The notes: generated by a model from the sequence alone, not told the origin. A stretch of DNA of 64,000 bases from Balanoglossus misakiensis (GCA_040954595.2 CM082595.2:9227918-9291917); one strand, 5' to 3'. Shown: positions 35,806 to 51,240, counted from the first letter of the stretch. Program-made: numbers and translations.

Positions 35806-37637
35806 TCCCCCAAAAATATACTATTCAATTCATCAAGTTGATTTGAAAAACATACATGCAAATCTTACTTGAGCTACCCCTAACATGACTAACAAATTTT
35901 AAAGCAATGGAACAAGCGGTTTTAGAGAAAAAAAATTAATTAAACAAGGCTGAAATTGCTCCAAAATTATCAATATGCAAATTTTGCAACATTTCAACAA
36001 AAGTATTGTAACTCATATCACCTACATGAAGCTTCATACTAAATTTTTTTACCACAAATGAGGAAAAAGGCAAAAAATGCATAAAATAGAACATTCAAAC
36101 TATTAGTTAAAAAAATACAGGATTGTATGTGGTTGACATAAGGTACTTGCATACCAATTGTCAAATCAATCTGTAAATTATCATGAGAACAAACCCTGAA
36201 ACCTTCAAATCAAATTTCAAAGCAGTGGGGGTAAAGGGGGCACAGTACGATATTTTACCCACAACTCTCCATGATTTGTATCATCGAGATTGTCCATTTA
36301 ATTACTTTCTGTTTTAGATACTAACAATGATATGAAGTACATATAACTGTATTAAGATTTATCTAGAAAAAGTATGTTGAGGAATTAGAGTGAAAATTTC
36401 AAAATCAAGATTTAAAAGCCATAGAAATCAAAGTATTCATTCATGTACGTCAAATGTCACACTTAGGAGGAAAGAAGCAATGACTAACTGAGGTGGCCAG
36501 TCTCTGTTGAAAGTTAACATGTAAATTTCCATTGTTCTGTCTATAGAAAAAAATCAATATCGTTTTGTTTGATTAAACAAGTGTTTCAAGTGTCCCTGTT
36601 TTACTTCAAACTTTTTTGTATCGGCTGGCTATGCAATTGCTTATTTTATAAAATTTGTATCTCCTCTTTCAATAATGCATGATTTTGTTTATCATTTGAA
36701 ATGGTAATTGACAATAAGATTCGCCTTTAAAGCATGCTCTCAAAATTTGTATTAGTGGTCTACAATTTTCTCTACACATGTGAACTTTGCCTGGTTTGAC
36801 CGAGTAATCTCTGGTTGTACAAACCAGAGTGATTCATGGGATATTTCACGTACTGTGGGGGGTTCTGAGAAGAGTTTTGACCGAAAATGGCAAAAATCAT
36901 CCCAAAAATATACTATTCAATTCATCAAGTTGATTTGAAAAACATACATGCAAATCTTACTTGGGCTACCCCTAATATGACTAACAAATTTCAAAGCAAT
37001 GTAACAACCGGTTTAAAAAAAAAATTCAAAAACGGCCGAAATTGCTCCAAAATTATGAATATGCAAATTTTGCAACATTTTAACAAAAGTATGATAACTC
37101 ATATCACCTATATGAAGCTTCATACTAAATTTCAAAGAAGTCGTCTCATCAATTTTAGAAAAGTAGATGTTTTACCAAAAATGAGGAAAAAGGCAAAAAA
37201 TGCATAAAAATAGAACATTCAAACTATTCAAAATACAGGACTGTATGTGGTTGACATAAGGTACTTGCATACCAATTGTCAAATCAATCTGACCAGTGGT
37301 TTTGACCAATTTCAAATTTTCCCAGCTAATTTGCATTTATTTAACAATTTCAACTGAATATGGCTGCCAGGTCAAATGACTGATTTGAATTTCAAGGTGC
37401 ACACTCATTGGCAAGGACAACTGTGACAAATTCAAGAAGCATAGGTGTGGCAGGTTTTCAGAGCAAGGTGTAAAAAATATCCAGGGAATGGGGCCCAAGC
37501 TCCTAAAAACCCAGCACAATACCAATAGGGACTCATATTACTAACAAAGTGTAAGCCTGTAATAAGTCAAAAGCTGCACATCTTTTTACCACCTCGTGCC
37601 AGTACTAAGCAATAAGACTTTTTATAGAGTTGTTTAA

Positions 37638-38370
37638 GGTGGCACTGCATGAAACCGTCGAGACTTTTTCAGAGGCCTATTTCTCATCAAAGACAAAGTT
37701 TAAACCCCCATAAACCATATATATTCTGGAAGCTGAGATTTTGAACTTTTGTTTGAGTTGCAAATATTATTGATCCCCGGAAATGGTGGCGATTTTGGGC
37801 GAAAAAACCCATTTTTTTATATTATGTCATGAAATTTAAAATAGGTAAAAAAGTTGACCATGCATCATGCATCTTAATATGTCATTCGAAACTAAAGTAC
37901 ACGTGCAAAAAAACGCTAATTTTGTTTTGCGTTATCTGCTTCCATTGAGGAGTAACAGCGTTTGAAAGTTAGATTTTCTGAAAATTTGATCAAATTCACG
38001 GTGAGTTGTATTGAATCAGAGTTTATTCCCGCTAGGGACACTTTATCGACATACAAAACTAGCGTTTTGTTGGATGGGTCATACACAATTCCCTGTCAAA
38101 ATTTGAGCAAATTCGGCCAATGCAGGGCGAAGCTATTTTAGTCCGAAGTTGTCAAAAGCAGCGAAAATGCAAACCGAGAAAAACGGCCATTTGCATTGTT
38201 GACACCTATTTGTTAAGCTGTGAACTCATTCAGAAAAGTGCTATTTGGGGGTGATTGTGCACCATTTCCGCCAAGACGTATTAGTCAGGATGTGGGTGAG
38301 TATTAGGCCTACCGATTTATGTAAAAAAGTAAAATTTGGCAAAAATCACAACTTTTCATGCAATGCCACC
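37638..38370. mobile_element. Non-autonomous DNA transposon with TTAA TSD (Kolobok-like)
   Basis: TTAA|GGTGGCACTGCATGAAA ... TTTCATGCAATGCCACC|TTAA. Confidence 0.8.
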
Positions 38371-40067
38371 TTAATTGTCTCTGCTGATGCCAGAGATTGA
38401 AAAAGAATCCTACAAGTTAGGATTTTCAGAAACAATGATAGCTATTTCTATTACTGTTTGTAAACAAAAATGTGATGTTCACCGCCTTGTTTTCAGAAAG
38501 GTATTTACATAAATGTTTTTCCATAGAGTTAACACAGACATTGGCAGCCATCTTGAATTTCAAAAACTGCAACAATATCTCCAATGCAACAAATCTGCAA
38601 ATTGTACTATTTGACACCTGACTTAGGTCAAGGGGTTTCAGAGATGATGACTACTCTTCAGACTTAGACAAAATAATAATGCAATATTCAGCGGAATTTC
38701 AAAAGCATTGACTAAGATCACCAAGGGACAATTCATACCAAAGATCAAAACAATTAGACGTACCTATTTTAAAGATCATTATGAAAACTTTACTGATTCG
38801 GTTATAATGTAAATAAAAGTAGATCACCCCTGTGGACATGGCAATCAGACATGCATATTCTGACAAGATTTTTTGTTTGTACAAAAAGGCAACTGTCTCC
38901 AAAATACAAAATTACAGATTATGTCACATACCTCAGGGAGATCAATACTAAATTTCAGAGAAAATTTCCCCCCAAATATGCAAATTTCACCATATTTTGA
39001 AGAAACAACTTGTGTCATACCTAGAAACCTGCATAGTCAAAGTAATCTACGAGCTTAGCTTTTTTCTTCCAAAAACAGCAAAAAACTTGTTCCAAACTAC
39101 AAATATGCAGAATTCAACACAATTTGAACACACATTACTTCGCCACCCCAAGAAACCTGCACACCAATTTTAAAAGCACTTGCGCCAGTGATTTCAGAAA
39201 AGAAAAATGTTGACAGACATAGGATGACTGAACATCTATCTACCTGTCAGATAACTTTTGCAGTGCTGAGAGCAGAGCTAGAGATTGGTGTTGTCTTTTT
39301 ACATTTTAAATCATCACACTTTGCTACTCAAAGCTACTATTCTGCTATGCTTGAGAAATGACTTGGGACCATTTTTGGCAAACAATAGTCACTAATCTTC
39401 CTCAGTTTATAGTACAATGTACCGACACTGTTTTAGTAATGTACTGAAAATGTTCAGACTATTTCTTGTGTCTGCATATGTCTTTAGTACAGAAGAATAA
39501 TCTATCCGGTTGTCATTTCTCTGTTTATTCAGAAATAAACTAGTCTGGGTTGCAACAGTAAAAATTTTAAAATATTCATACCCTTTCTGAAGGATGTTCA
39601 AAACCAATACCTATGTGAAGCATTATATCAAATTTGCTGGGTAACTGTGGATTTATAACTTTTGCTAATTACAGTGCTAACTCACACTGGATGATTCGAC
39701 GGTAATTTTAGATTCATATGAAGATTTTTTACCAATAATGTTGAAAAATACAAACAAATGCATCAAAAATAGAAAATCAAAATTAGCTCAAAACATACAG
39801 GACTGTATGAGGTAGGCATAAGGTACTTGCATACCAATTTCCAAATCAATCTGACCAGCAGTTGTTGAATTTTGCGAGTTTTGACCAATTTCACATTTTC
39901 CAGCTAATTTGCATATATTTGGTAATGACATTTTCATGTTAACAAACTCCAATCTACAGCCCAGCCTGCATCTGCACACCAAATATCGAGGTGATATGCA
40001 CAACGGTTTTCAAGTTTTAGATGTGGACGGACATACAGACATACATCCATACAAACAGACAGACATA

Positions 40068-40265
40068 CTGTAAAACACTTTATTTTCGCGAGCAATTAAT
40101 TTTCGCCAAATACGCGAGAGCCAAAATAACGTGAAAATAAAAAGTCGCGTAAATTGTTTTTGAAGATAACGATGCAGTGAATGAAATAAGAGAACGCGAA
40201 AATTAATACTCGCGAAACAGTGGCCTCTCTCGATATCGCGAAAAATTTAACTCGCGAAAATACAG
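40068..40265. mobile_element. TA-flanked MITE nested in a HINE microsatellite
   Basis: TA|CTGTAAAACACTTTATTTTCGCGAG ... CTCGCGAAAATACAG|TA inside (ACAT/ACAG)n. Confidence 0.8.
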
Positions 40266-43200
40266 TACATCCATACATAAATACAGACGCAACTGATTCC
40301 ATAAGGCCCATGGTACATACCATATGGGACCTAAAAACTGCAGAAGCTACACAAAACATTAATACTGAAAACATGGCAAACAGTTGTTGCTAACGGGGTT
40401 TTAAATCTCCCTTATAGATATTTTTGAACTCCCAATTTATGATTATTGACTGTTTGATTGATTAGTTGTTGCACAAATGATAGTATTATCAAAGTAAATA
40501 ATATCTGTGAGAAATTTCTTTTCATATTTATTTGAATATGGATAGGGTAAGATGGGGGTTAAACAAAACTACATTTGTTCAAAAGTGGCAAAAACACAAA
40601 TATGCAAAAATCACTATAATTGTACACCATCTTACTTAAATCACTACAAGGAACATTCCTGTCAAAGTTCAAAGCAATCTGACAAGCGCTTTCAGACACA
40701 GCGAATTTGATAACCATCTACAAATATATTTTTATTTTTTAAACAATTCTTTTACAACACCTTACTTGGGTTACCCCCCTAGGAATCTGCATTCTGAGCA
40801 AAAATTACAAAATTGCTCAAAATTATAAATATACCAATTTCACAACAATTTGCAATTTGAACAAAAACTATGGCTTTCAGAAAGGAAGATTTTTCTTTAC
40901 CAATAATGCAGTAAAAGACAAAACAATAAAAATAGAAAATTCATAATATTAGCTCAAAACAAAACATACAGGACTGTATGGCATTTATTGACATTTATAA
41001 GAATATGGACAGGGTATGATAGGGGGGGGGGAATTATAAATTCCAAGGGGGTCATCAATTTTTTGTCATAGCTTTTTGGGGCCATAGAAAAAATAACCTA
41101 AAAAGTAGGAAATCCTACGTCCCCCTAAGCTTTCATTCTGGCCAACAACTTTTTATGAAGGCTTCTGCAGTTGTTAAAAACAGATTGCCTGCTATGTTAG
41201 ACTATCAATCTATAGAGGGGATGAAAAATGTCCTTTTGTCAAGTGTCTGGATTTTGATAACTTCAACAGGTAAAAATATATTTGTAGATGTTTATCAAAT
41301 TCGCTATGTCTGAAACAGTATGCTTGCAAATGTATTAATATAGTCAGATAATATGAATAGTGAAGATAGCAAAACAAACAGGTTTATGCTTACAGCCATA
41401 ACTTCTATTAGTGATGTACATGTTGTACTTAGCAAATAATTGTTATGATCAACTTGGTTTTTATTGCACAAGATCTTTTTATTGCATCCATGTTTCGTTT
41501 CATTATGGATAATAGTCTGTCTAAATAAGTTAACAGGCTTGATGAGGGTTATTTTAAACAGTGTTCTCAAAAAACCTGCAATGTCATGCCCTATATTTAT
41601 AAAGTTGAGGAGAGGTTGTATTCCTAGCAGGATGTTGAAATCATTGGAGGACAAACCCTGCCAGTACCAAAAGTTGCTGGGTGTTATAAATGTTTGAGTA
41701 ACCCCCCCCCCCCCCCCCCCCTTCCCCAATAACACAATATATACTAAAACATTTTTACAACATCTTACTCAGTTTACCCTTAGGAATATGCCTACCAAAT
41801 CAATCTGGCATGCAGTTTTAAAGAAAAAAAAATGACCAAGAGTGGCAAAAATTGCTCAAAATTAAAATATGCAAATTTTTCAACAATTTGAACAAAACTT
41901 TGGTTACTCAGACAACCATTAGAAGCTTCATACTAAAATTCAAAGAATGAGGCCTATAACTTTAAGAAATGATGATTTCTTTACCAATAATGTGGAATAA
42001 TACAAAAAATGCATAAAAGATTTTTGGCATAAAAAATTAAAAATCGATAATATTAGCTCAAAACATACAGGACTGTTTGAGGTAGACATAAGGTACATGC
42101 ATACTGATTTTCAAATGAATGTGACCAGTGGTTGTTGAGTTTGAGTTTTGACCAATTTCACATTTTCCTAGCTAATTTGCATATTTTTGGCAATGACAGC
42201 TTCATTTGAACAAACTCCAATCTTCAGCCTGGCCTGCATCTACACACCAAATATCGAGGTCATATGCCCAGTGGTTTTCAAGTTTGTGATGTGGACGGAC
42301 ATACAGACATACATACATACATCCACCGATATCATAAGGTCCCATGGTAAAGCAAATGGGACCTTACAAAACTATGATAACTCAGATCACCTATGAAGCT
42401 TCATACTAAATTTCAAATAAGTCAGCTGATCAATTCCAGAAAAGCAGATTTTCTACCGATAATGTGGAAAGAGACAAAAAATACATAAAAAATCGAAAAT
42501 TCACATTAGCTCACAACATATAGAACTGTGTGAGGTTAACATAACTTACAGGAATACCAATTTTCAATTTTGAAAGCAATTTGCTCAGTAGTTGTCGAGT
42601 TCCCGAGTTTGGACGAATTTGACACTTTCCCAGCTAATTTGCATATTTTGGCAATGACAAGTTCATTTTGACAACTCCCACTTAATGCCCTGCCTGCATC
42701 TCCACACTAAATATCAAGGTCACATGCCAGTGGTTTCCAAGTGTTTGATATTGATAGACATACAGACAAACATCCATACAGACATCCATATATACAGGTG
42801 CAACTGATCCCATAAGGTCCCATGGTATAAATACATATACCTGCACCAAATGGGACCTAATAATTCTGATAAAATGCCTACATAGTAAGTTTAAAAACCA
42901 ATTGTACCTTCAACGTCCTTGGACAACAATGGCTAATATTACTTGCCAAGGGCGACTAGAATTTTGGGGGCCTGATGCAATTCTGATACATGTACTTCAT
43001 GATTTAGAGATATTGTGAAAATCCTGTCAACCGAATTACAGGGAAATCAGATTTTCCATGTAAAATCATATCACCCAAAAATGTCAAGTGTCGAAAATAA
43101 TTTTGAAACAAAAAGTCTACTCAAAATCATACCAAAATTTAAATTTTAAAGCAGTACGTTAGGCAAGCAATTTGAGAATGAAGAAACTTACAGTACAGTC

Positions 43201-44432
43201 AGCTGCTTGTGAACAATAGTCATGTAGCTATTTCATCACAAACTTACAATCACTACCATATTACTGTACAAGTTAAAAGGACATTGTACCAGCAGAGACA
43301 TTGCGATCGAGCAATCCCCAAGATATACATGACATGGTCTAATTACAAATATTGAATATGTAAAATAGGTACACAACACTTCCATTCTTTCAGTACAGTC
43401 AGCTGCTTGTTAACAATAGGCATGTAGCTATTTCATCAACACCTTTCAATCATTAACTGGTTTATCTAGTGTCCCATGTCAGGGGACTTGCCCCCACCCC
43501 ATGATAACTTTGAGCGGCGACGGTTAAATTTATCCTCCCCAACATACTGGTAGTTGAGTTAATTTGCTTTTGCCGGGTTCATAAAAATGCAGCTTTGAGC
43601 TCTGTATTTTATAAAATTTTCTTACGTGGGAGGGGGACACCCCTTCCCACACCCACCCCCTTCAATTCCCGGTTTACAATGTCTCCCAACACAGAATACA
43701 AATACTTAAAAAATAAAAACCATGTTCAGTTTTAATACCCACTGATGAGGGGAAACATCAGTTTCAAAGTCTTTTCATGGGAGCGCTGTTTTTCTTTTTT
43801 ACAAGATAGATAAGTGATGTGTTTTGCTCTGTGAAAGAAAATGGGGGGGGGGGGATTTTAAAATTTTGGCAGTTCAGAAGGGGGTGGGGGATTTGAAAAT
43901 ATTTCGGGTTGTGTACAGGGGGGGGGGGGGGGGCATGTGAAAATTAGCAGTAAAAAAATTGAATTTCCCCCCCCCATCCAGAGGTGTTTGTGAATGGAGC
44001 CTAAGCTAAAGCTAAAGTGATAATGGGTCATAACAGACAAAATAACAAAATGTGAAAAACATTTAATGAGTTTAATATGCTAACTACGGAGACAGACATG
44101 TTTGACCAAAGCATGAAATACACAAAATGTATCATTTCTTCCACCTCTTACTACAGTGGGTTGTAGACTTTTCGCCCAGAATGCAATGTGATTTGACCCC
44201 CTAGCGCAAAGTGAAAACCTATTTAAGGCAGCCAGAATTTTCTGCGTAGTATGACGGAAACATTTGTAAAGTCATGGCTAGCGTGGGCTGGTAAGTTTAT
44301 ATGGGGCTCTCCATGATAACCAGTTGTGGCTTACCACCACCATAATTTTGAAAGGGCGACTTCACTATTTGATGGGAAAAGGTAGCCTTTACAAACAAGC
44401 TATGGAGCATGTATACAGCAAGTTGTGCTTAC

Positions 44433-44505
44433 CGGAAAGCGGTCTTGGATCAGGCCTAGGTATTCTCTTCCTCCTCCGGCATACGTTGAAATGCTGTGTT
44501 TAAGA
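44433..44505 (-). other. Candidate micro-exon Y1 (73 bp)
   Basis: Minus strand tttgattcacag acceptor and gtaagc donor; only open frame LKHSISTYAGGGREYLGLIQDRFP. Confidence 0.5.
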
Positions 44506-45682
44506 CTGTGAATCAAATATATGCTTATCAATTAGTAACCAATCAACCTTGCTTTAGAATTATTTGGGCCATACTAATTAGTGAAAATATGCAAAACATG
44601 GTATAATATAGGGTCAGACTGTGCTGCGATAATGTACGTGGAATACGAATCAGAGAAATCTGTAACAGCGATCTTGAAACTCCATTTACATCAGTACTGC
44701 AGTAAAGTGGTCCACATGGGTATACCACAAACATGGCAGTTAGGTGACAAGTGAAACTGACATCATATCTGTAAACGACAGGTGTACACACACTTTGACA
44801 TCTACGTAACACTGTACAATGATTTCTTAATGTTTGTTGTGAAAATGAAACTTACATTTGATCCACCTCACTTTTCATACAACTGATTAGCGCAAGAATG
44901 TAAATTGTTGGCAATTATAAAACATTTATTTTACTATAGAAAAGTAAGCCTTTACATTTAAACTTTGAATATCAGTATACTAAAATGTTTCAAACGTGGC
45001 TGTCAGTATATCTCATGGCATGGTGGCAGAAGTACATGTTGTTACCAGGGAAGACACATTGAACATAGACAAGCGCACTAGTCGCTTGGTGATTTTTCAT
45101 CTAGATTCTCAAAACTTTCTGTGCATTTGGTAGCTTTGAGCAAGTTTCTGGTACTGAGCTGAGTTTCGAATTTGGAACTGGGCTGCTTTGGCTTTGATTA
45201 CCATGGGCCAATATGATCTTATGCACACATTTTTGAAAAAAACTCCAGCCTGTTTGTGTCGTGATCTATATTTTTCTTTGTGGCCTAAGGTATTGTTTTA
45301 TTTCACTATAAACAACATTACTTTCCTTCATGTGTCTATATATAATAATAGATCTCTTAGCCAGTTTGATGAAGCATAGTGTTGGACTAGCACACTTTCA
45401 GCCAAAATTACGGTATCTCCCCGTGTATTGGTATGGGAGTAATTTCTAGCTATATGGTTAAGGAAATGCATCCAAATTTAATTTATGCTTCACATGAAGA
45501 TTTGAACTTGACCATTTAATTCATGTCATCACGATCATATCACAGGCAATCGAGGCTAGAATTCGAAGGAAAAAAGTATTGATAACTGGAAGGTGTAAAT
45601 TAGTTCGTAGACATACATTGTTTCCTATTGTTTCGGTTGTGCCACGCCCGATAAAAGCAAATATACAGCAAGTCATGCTTAC

Positions 45683-45757
45683 CATTGAGCGGTCTTAAAC
45701 TCGCCCCAGACGAGGAAGAGAATCCCGAGTTGAAATGCAGACAATTTCAGGCAGCAT
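45683..45757 (-). other. Candidate micro-exon X1 (75 bp), signal-peptide-like
   Basis: tttgattcacag acceptor, gtaagc donor; only open frame CCLKLSAFQLGILFLVWGEFKTAQ. Confidence 0.55.
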
Positions 45758-48700
45758 CTGTGAATCAAATAGATATAGAAGTTAGTAACCAGTCATAGTA
45801 GCTCTAAGTTGGGTGTAAAAGTCTAAGTTGGGTGTACTAACTCTCCTTGTTAACAGTAACTTTCAAAGAAACTGAGCAATTGGTTAAAAAGATTTGCTAT
45901 CCAAAAACAAAGAAATTTACAACAAACTACCTAAATATTGACAACCAGAATTTAATCAAAGTTGCACATACATGTACATGTGTTATGAAATTGTTAACTA
46001 ACTTCCAAAGCAATCAGGAACCAGATATTAACTGAATATGCTCACGTGCAGTACTGTGATTGGTTGACAGAATAACAAGATTAGAAAAACCAGTTTTAAA
46101 CCATTTTGGTTTATAGTGTATATGGTGTAAGGGTTGTGTGTTGCACCATTGTGAAATGTAAACATGTTTGTGGAATTGTTGCCTTGTCAATTTTTGTAAG
46201 GGGTTATGAGTCATGTACCCCATCCTGAACTGCATAAAAATAATAAGTCTATGGAATTCTAAAACTCTTTGATCAAAAATGGCAAGAAATATACCAAAAA
46301 GTATGAATATTTCACCAGATTTCAACAAATCTGATTTCTGTTCATGCCTAAGAACCTCTTTAACAAGTTTCAATAAGGAAGACATTTTGGCAAACAACAG
46401 GAAATTCAGACAAATCTGACTGATATCACATATATGAATTCCCATTCAAAGTTTCCAACCAATTGGACTTGTGGTATTACCGAAGACTATTTGGCCAAAC
46501 CCTGCAGAAATTCCCAAAAAATACAATTATGCAAATTTCATTACAATTTGATCATATCTGACTGAGATCACCCCTAGAAACCCAAATACAAAGTATCAAA
46601 ACAATTGCACCTACATTTCACAGGATTGGATTTTTTGGCAAAAACAGGAAATATTGCCCAAAAATGCATTTTTGCAAATTTCACCACCGTTTGCACAAAT
46701 GTGATTCAGGTAAGCCCTATGAACCTCCATACCAAGTTTCCAATCAATTGGACATGTAATTTCAGAGAAAATTTTTTTTTAACAAAACTGCAGAAAATTC
46801 CCCAAAAAATTCATAAAAAATAGGAAACGCCAGATACTGACTCCACCTGAACAAAATCATACGAGGTCTTCCCAAAGTACTTGCACACCAATGCACGCCA
46901 ATTTTTAACTTAATCTGATCCGCTGTTATTAAGTTTTTCAATTTTGACTATTTGAACATTTTTCCAGTTAATACCAGTATGCATTTTTTCGCAATAACAA
47001 TTTCTATGTACACACTAAATATCAGTAGTTTCAAGTTTTTGATGTTGATGGACATACACATACATACATCAATACATTAAGACGAAACTGATCCATTCAC
47101 AAAATACATAATTCTGTATGAGGCACACATACAGACATACATAGCCGACGGACACCAACTTATGCTATAAGCTGACATTTATATACATGTTAGCCAAAAA
47201 CCAAAATCAACCTCAAAATAGACATTAAAATATATTGCACCACCATGAGAAGACAAATTCATTTTTTGACAAATTTTCTGGGGCGTCATTGATATAGCAT
47301 GGCATATTGTCAAAGTACGTAGGCTCTGTGATAAGATTCCATACACACAAAATGGTAACCTTGGAAGTCCAGCTGACGTAGTTATGCAATGGCGTCTCGT
47401 GTATTCCGTCGCCAAAAAATCATCGTAAACTAATTGATAGTCGGGGTCACAATTCAAGACGACTTTCTCTAAATTCTTTATGAATGGATTAAATCGAAAT
47501 CGAAATGTTGACGTATGACGTACGGAATGAGATCTGAACAGACATTCAATGTTATCATTCTCGCTCGATCACATATTGGGTAGGCCATCTAGCAATCGCT
47601 ATATAGTATTGGCGATAACAGACTGTCTATAAACACACAAAACGGATTTTACTGTTGAGTGTGATCAACCGCCATGTTATTTTTCTCTGAACAATAGACA
47701 AATAGAAAGCCTGGTGACATTTTGAGATTGACTGCGTGAGGACCACAATATGCGTGAATCATTTACGGTTTGTCTTGATGAATGGGTCACGTCATAGTCA
47801 TAACGCGGATTCGGCTGCACGCCAACTATCCGCCATATTGTCTCCACTAACTTACTCGTAAGTAGTTTCAAACTTCATTTGAAAAGAGTATTCGTCTGAC
47901 GGTCCTGTAGATTAACAATTTACGCTCTATGAAGCAACTAAACAACGTTAGCTTCCTTGTGGATTCACGTAGGGAAGTTATTCGTAACGACGGGTACAGC
48001 GTCTGAGCATGGACAGAACCACGGCAATATCGCCAGGAATGTCTCATTTCACAGCGCCCTCAAACAGTCGATCTCCTCAAACTATCGTTTCCACTGGTCA
48101 TATATGCAGCATTAACGAAAGCTCTCATAGACAACCATGTAATAGAAAAATTAAAACTTTAATAACTTCATTAATATCAAAGCCACACCCACCAAAACCT
48201 TTTCAGTTCTTGCCATATGATATCTGAACCTGTGTACTAAATTTGGTTGAAATCGGTTCAGCGGTTCTTGAGATATCGGGTATACAGACAGACACACACA
48301 TACACAGACATCGCTAAACTATAAGCTCACGTGATTTTCAGGTGAGCTAAAAATTGGGTTACCCCTAGGAATATTCCTACCATATTTCAAAGCCATCAAA
48401 AAAGCAGTTTCAAAGAAAAACACATTTGTTCAAAAGTGGCAAAAACACAAATATGCAAACATCTCTATAATTGTACACCATCTTACTTCAATCACTACAA
48501 GGAACATTCCTGCCAAAATTCAAAGCAATCTGACAAGGGTTTGAACGGTTTAACAGAAAACAGTTTTTGACAAAGATTGCAAAAATATCCCCAATAACAC
48601 AAGCACGCAGTTTTAACCATTTTTATGACATCTTCCTTGGGTTACCCCTGGGAATCTGCCTACCAAATTGCAAAGCATTCTGACCTTAATTGGCAAAATT

Positions 48701-51167
48701 GCTCAAAATTATAAATATGCCTATTTTACAACAATCTGAACAAAAAATATGGTAACTCGGACCACCCATAGGAAGCTTCATACTAAATTTCGAAGGAGTC
48801 GGACTATCGCTTTCAGAAGTGAAGATTTTTTTTTACCAATAATGTGGAAAAAGACAAAAAAAATTAATAAACATTAGAAAATTCATAATATTAGCTCACA
48901 ACATACAGGACTGTATGGGGTTCATTGACATACCAATCTGACCAGTGGTTGTCAAGTTTCTGACTTTTGACCAATTTCACATTTACACAGGTAATATTTT
49001 GGCAATGACAATTTCATTTGAACAAAATCCCATCTACAGCCCCGCCTGCATCTACACACTAAATATGGAAGTGATATGCCCAGCGGTTTTCATCCATTCA
49101 CTCATACATACAAATGCAACTGATTCCATAAGGTCCCAATCGTATATATGTACATAAACCAAATGGGACCTAAAAATTGCTCCAAAATTATAAATACGCA
49201 ATTTTTGGCAACAATTTAAACAAAACTATGGTTGGTAACTCAGATCACCTATGAAGCTTCATAATAAATTTCAAACAAGTCAGCTGATCAATTCCAGAAA
49301 AGTAGGTTTTTACCGACAATGTGGAAAGAGACAAAAAAAATGCTTAAAAATAGAAAATTCACATTATTAGCTCACAACATGTAGAATTGTGAGAGGATAC
49401 CATAAGGTACATGCATACCAATTATCAATTTTGAAAGCAATTTGCCCAGTAGTTGTTGAGTTCCCAAGTTTTGACGAATTTGACACTTTCCCAGCTAATT
49501 TGCATATTTTGGCAATGACAACTTCACTTAGACAAACTCCCATCTACTGCCCTGTCTGCACATTAAATATCAAGGTGAAATGCCAGTAGTTTCCAAATGT
49601 TTGATGTTGATGGACATACAAACATCCATACATACAGGTGCAACTGATCCCGTAAGGTACCATGGTATAAATACATATACCAAATGGGACCTAATAATTC
49701 TGATAAAATGCGTACATACGTACATACATACAAGTCAGCAATAAAGAGACGGGATAGTGGGCTGGCACTGAGTGTCTATTTCTATTGCAAATTATAAACA
49801 TGCAGCAAGTGTAAAAACCACATGTACCTTCAACGTCCTTGGACAACACATTTTTGTAACTTTCCCAGATCAATGGCTAATATTACTTGCCAAAGGCGAC
49901 TAGAATTTTGGGGGCCTGATGCAAGTCTGATACATGTACTTCATGATTTAGAGATATGATGAAAATCCTGTCAACCGAATTACAGGGAAATCAGATTTTC
50001 CATGTAAAATCATATCACCCAAAAGTGTCAAAAATAATTTTGAAACAAAAAGTCTACTCAAAATCATACCAAAATTTAAATGTTAATGCAGTACGTTAGG
50101 CAAGCAATTTGAGAATGAAGAAACTTACAAAATAATTTATAAATTGTAAATAATTTACAAATGCCGCACACAAACTTACAATTACTACCATATTACTGAA
50201 CATGTTAAAAGGACATTGTACCAGCAGAGACATTGTGATCGAGCAATCCCCAAGATATACATGACATGGTCTAATTACAAATATTGAATATGTAAAATAT
50301 GTACACAACACTTCCAGTCTTACAGTACAGTCAGCTGCTTGTGAACAATAGTCATGTAGCTATTTCATCAAATTTACAGCCCAAGTCTTGCCTATACAAT
50401 TCTCCCTACTTTAAACACGTTTTAAGCTACCCTAAATGAGTGATGAAAATCTCATACGGTCGATAATTTCAAGATGGCCGATTTTTGCCATGTTAAAGAA
50501 ATGGGAGTTCATAAGCTAAAATGATGATGGGTCATTCTTGAACTTTTTAACAGAAAAAATAGCAAAAGTGAAAAAAAGTTTAATATGCTAACTACCGAGA
50601 CAGAAATGTTTGACCGAAGGAAGTCATGAAATACAGTAAACATATCATTTCTTCTATCTCTTACTACAGTTGGTTATGGACTTTCCGCCCAGAATGCAAT
50701 GAGATTTGACACCTAGCGCAAAGTGAAAAACCTATTTAAAGCAGCCAGAATTTTCTGCATAGTATGACGGAAACATTTGTAAAGTCATGGCTAGCATGGG
50801 TTGGCAGGTTTATGGGACCCGCTCAGGTTCCCTCGAATAACACATAATGCATGATTGGTGACTGATTATTGTTTATTTGTTGATTTTGTCACATTTTCAG
50901 AAAAATCCCTATCAATCAGTCATATTTGTTTGGCCTTGCTATACAGCGCAATATGAATCTTGTTGACTGAAATTGTTGAGGATAGTGGTACATAAAGGTT
51001 ACCAATTGGAAAATATTAAAATGATTATTAGTGGTGTCCAACTCTTCATGATAACCAGTTGTGGCTTGCCACCACCATAATTTTAAAAGGGTGACTTCAC
51101 TATTTGATGGGAAAAGGTAGCATTTACAAACAAGCTATGGAGCATGTATACAGCAAGGTGTGCTTAC

Positions 51168-51240
51168 CGGAAAGCGGTCTTGGATCAGGCCTAGGTATTC
51201 TCTTCCTCCTCCGGCATACGTTGAAATGCTGTGTTTAAGA
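51168..51240 (-). other. Candidate micro-exon Y2 (73 bp)
   Basis: Identical to Y1, splice signals intact. Confidence 0.5.

Larger units (their letters stand above)
42370..45805. repeat. Segmental duplication, copy 1 (similarity extends patchily to ~40570)
   Basis: Collinear direct similarity to 49225-52290, with copy-specific indels. Confidence 0.88.
35806..49700. repeat. Zone of nested, degraded Helentron/HINE-like interspersed repeat fragments
   Basis: Recurring cores (GAAGCTTCATACTAAATTTCAAA, AATATGCAAATTT, AACATACAGGACTGTATG), (ACAT/ACAG)n tracts and terminal hairpins at ~40300-40337, 42335-42365, 48324-48352, 49128-49175. Confidence 0.65.

Noticed and set aside
36232-36730. Possible further TTAA-type MITE
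   Set aside because: TIRs match poorly and the left TSD is not TTAA.
47200-48140. CpG-rich stretch as a possible gene or promoter
   Set aside because: No convincing ORF, splice pattern or terminal repeat could be identified by eye.
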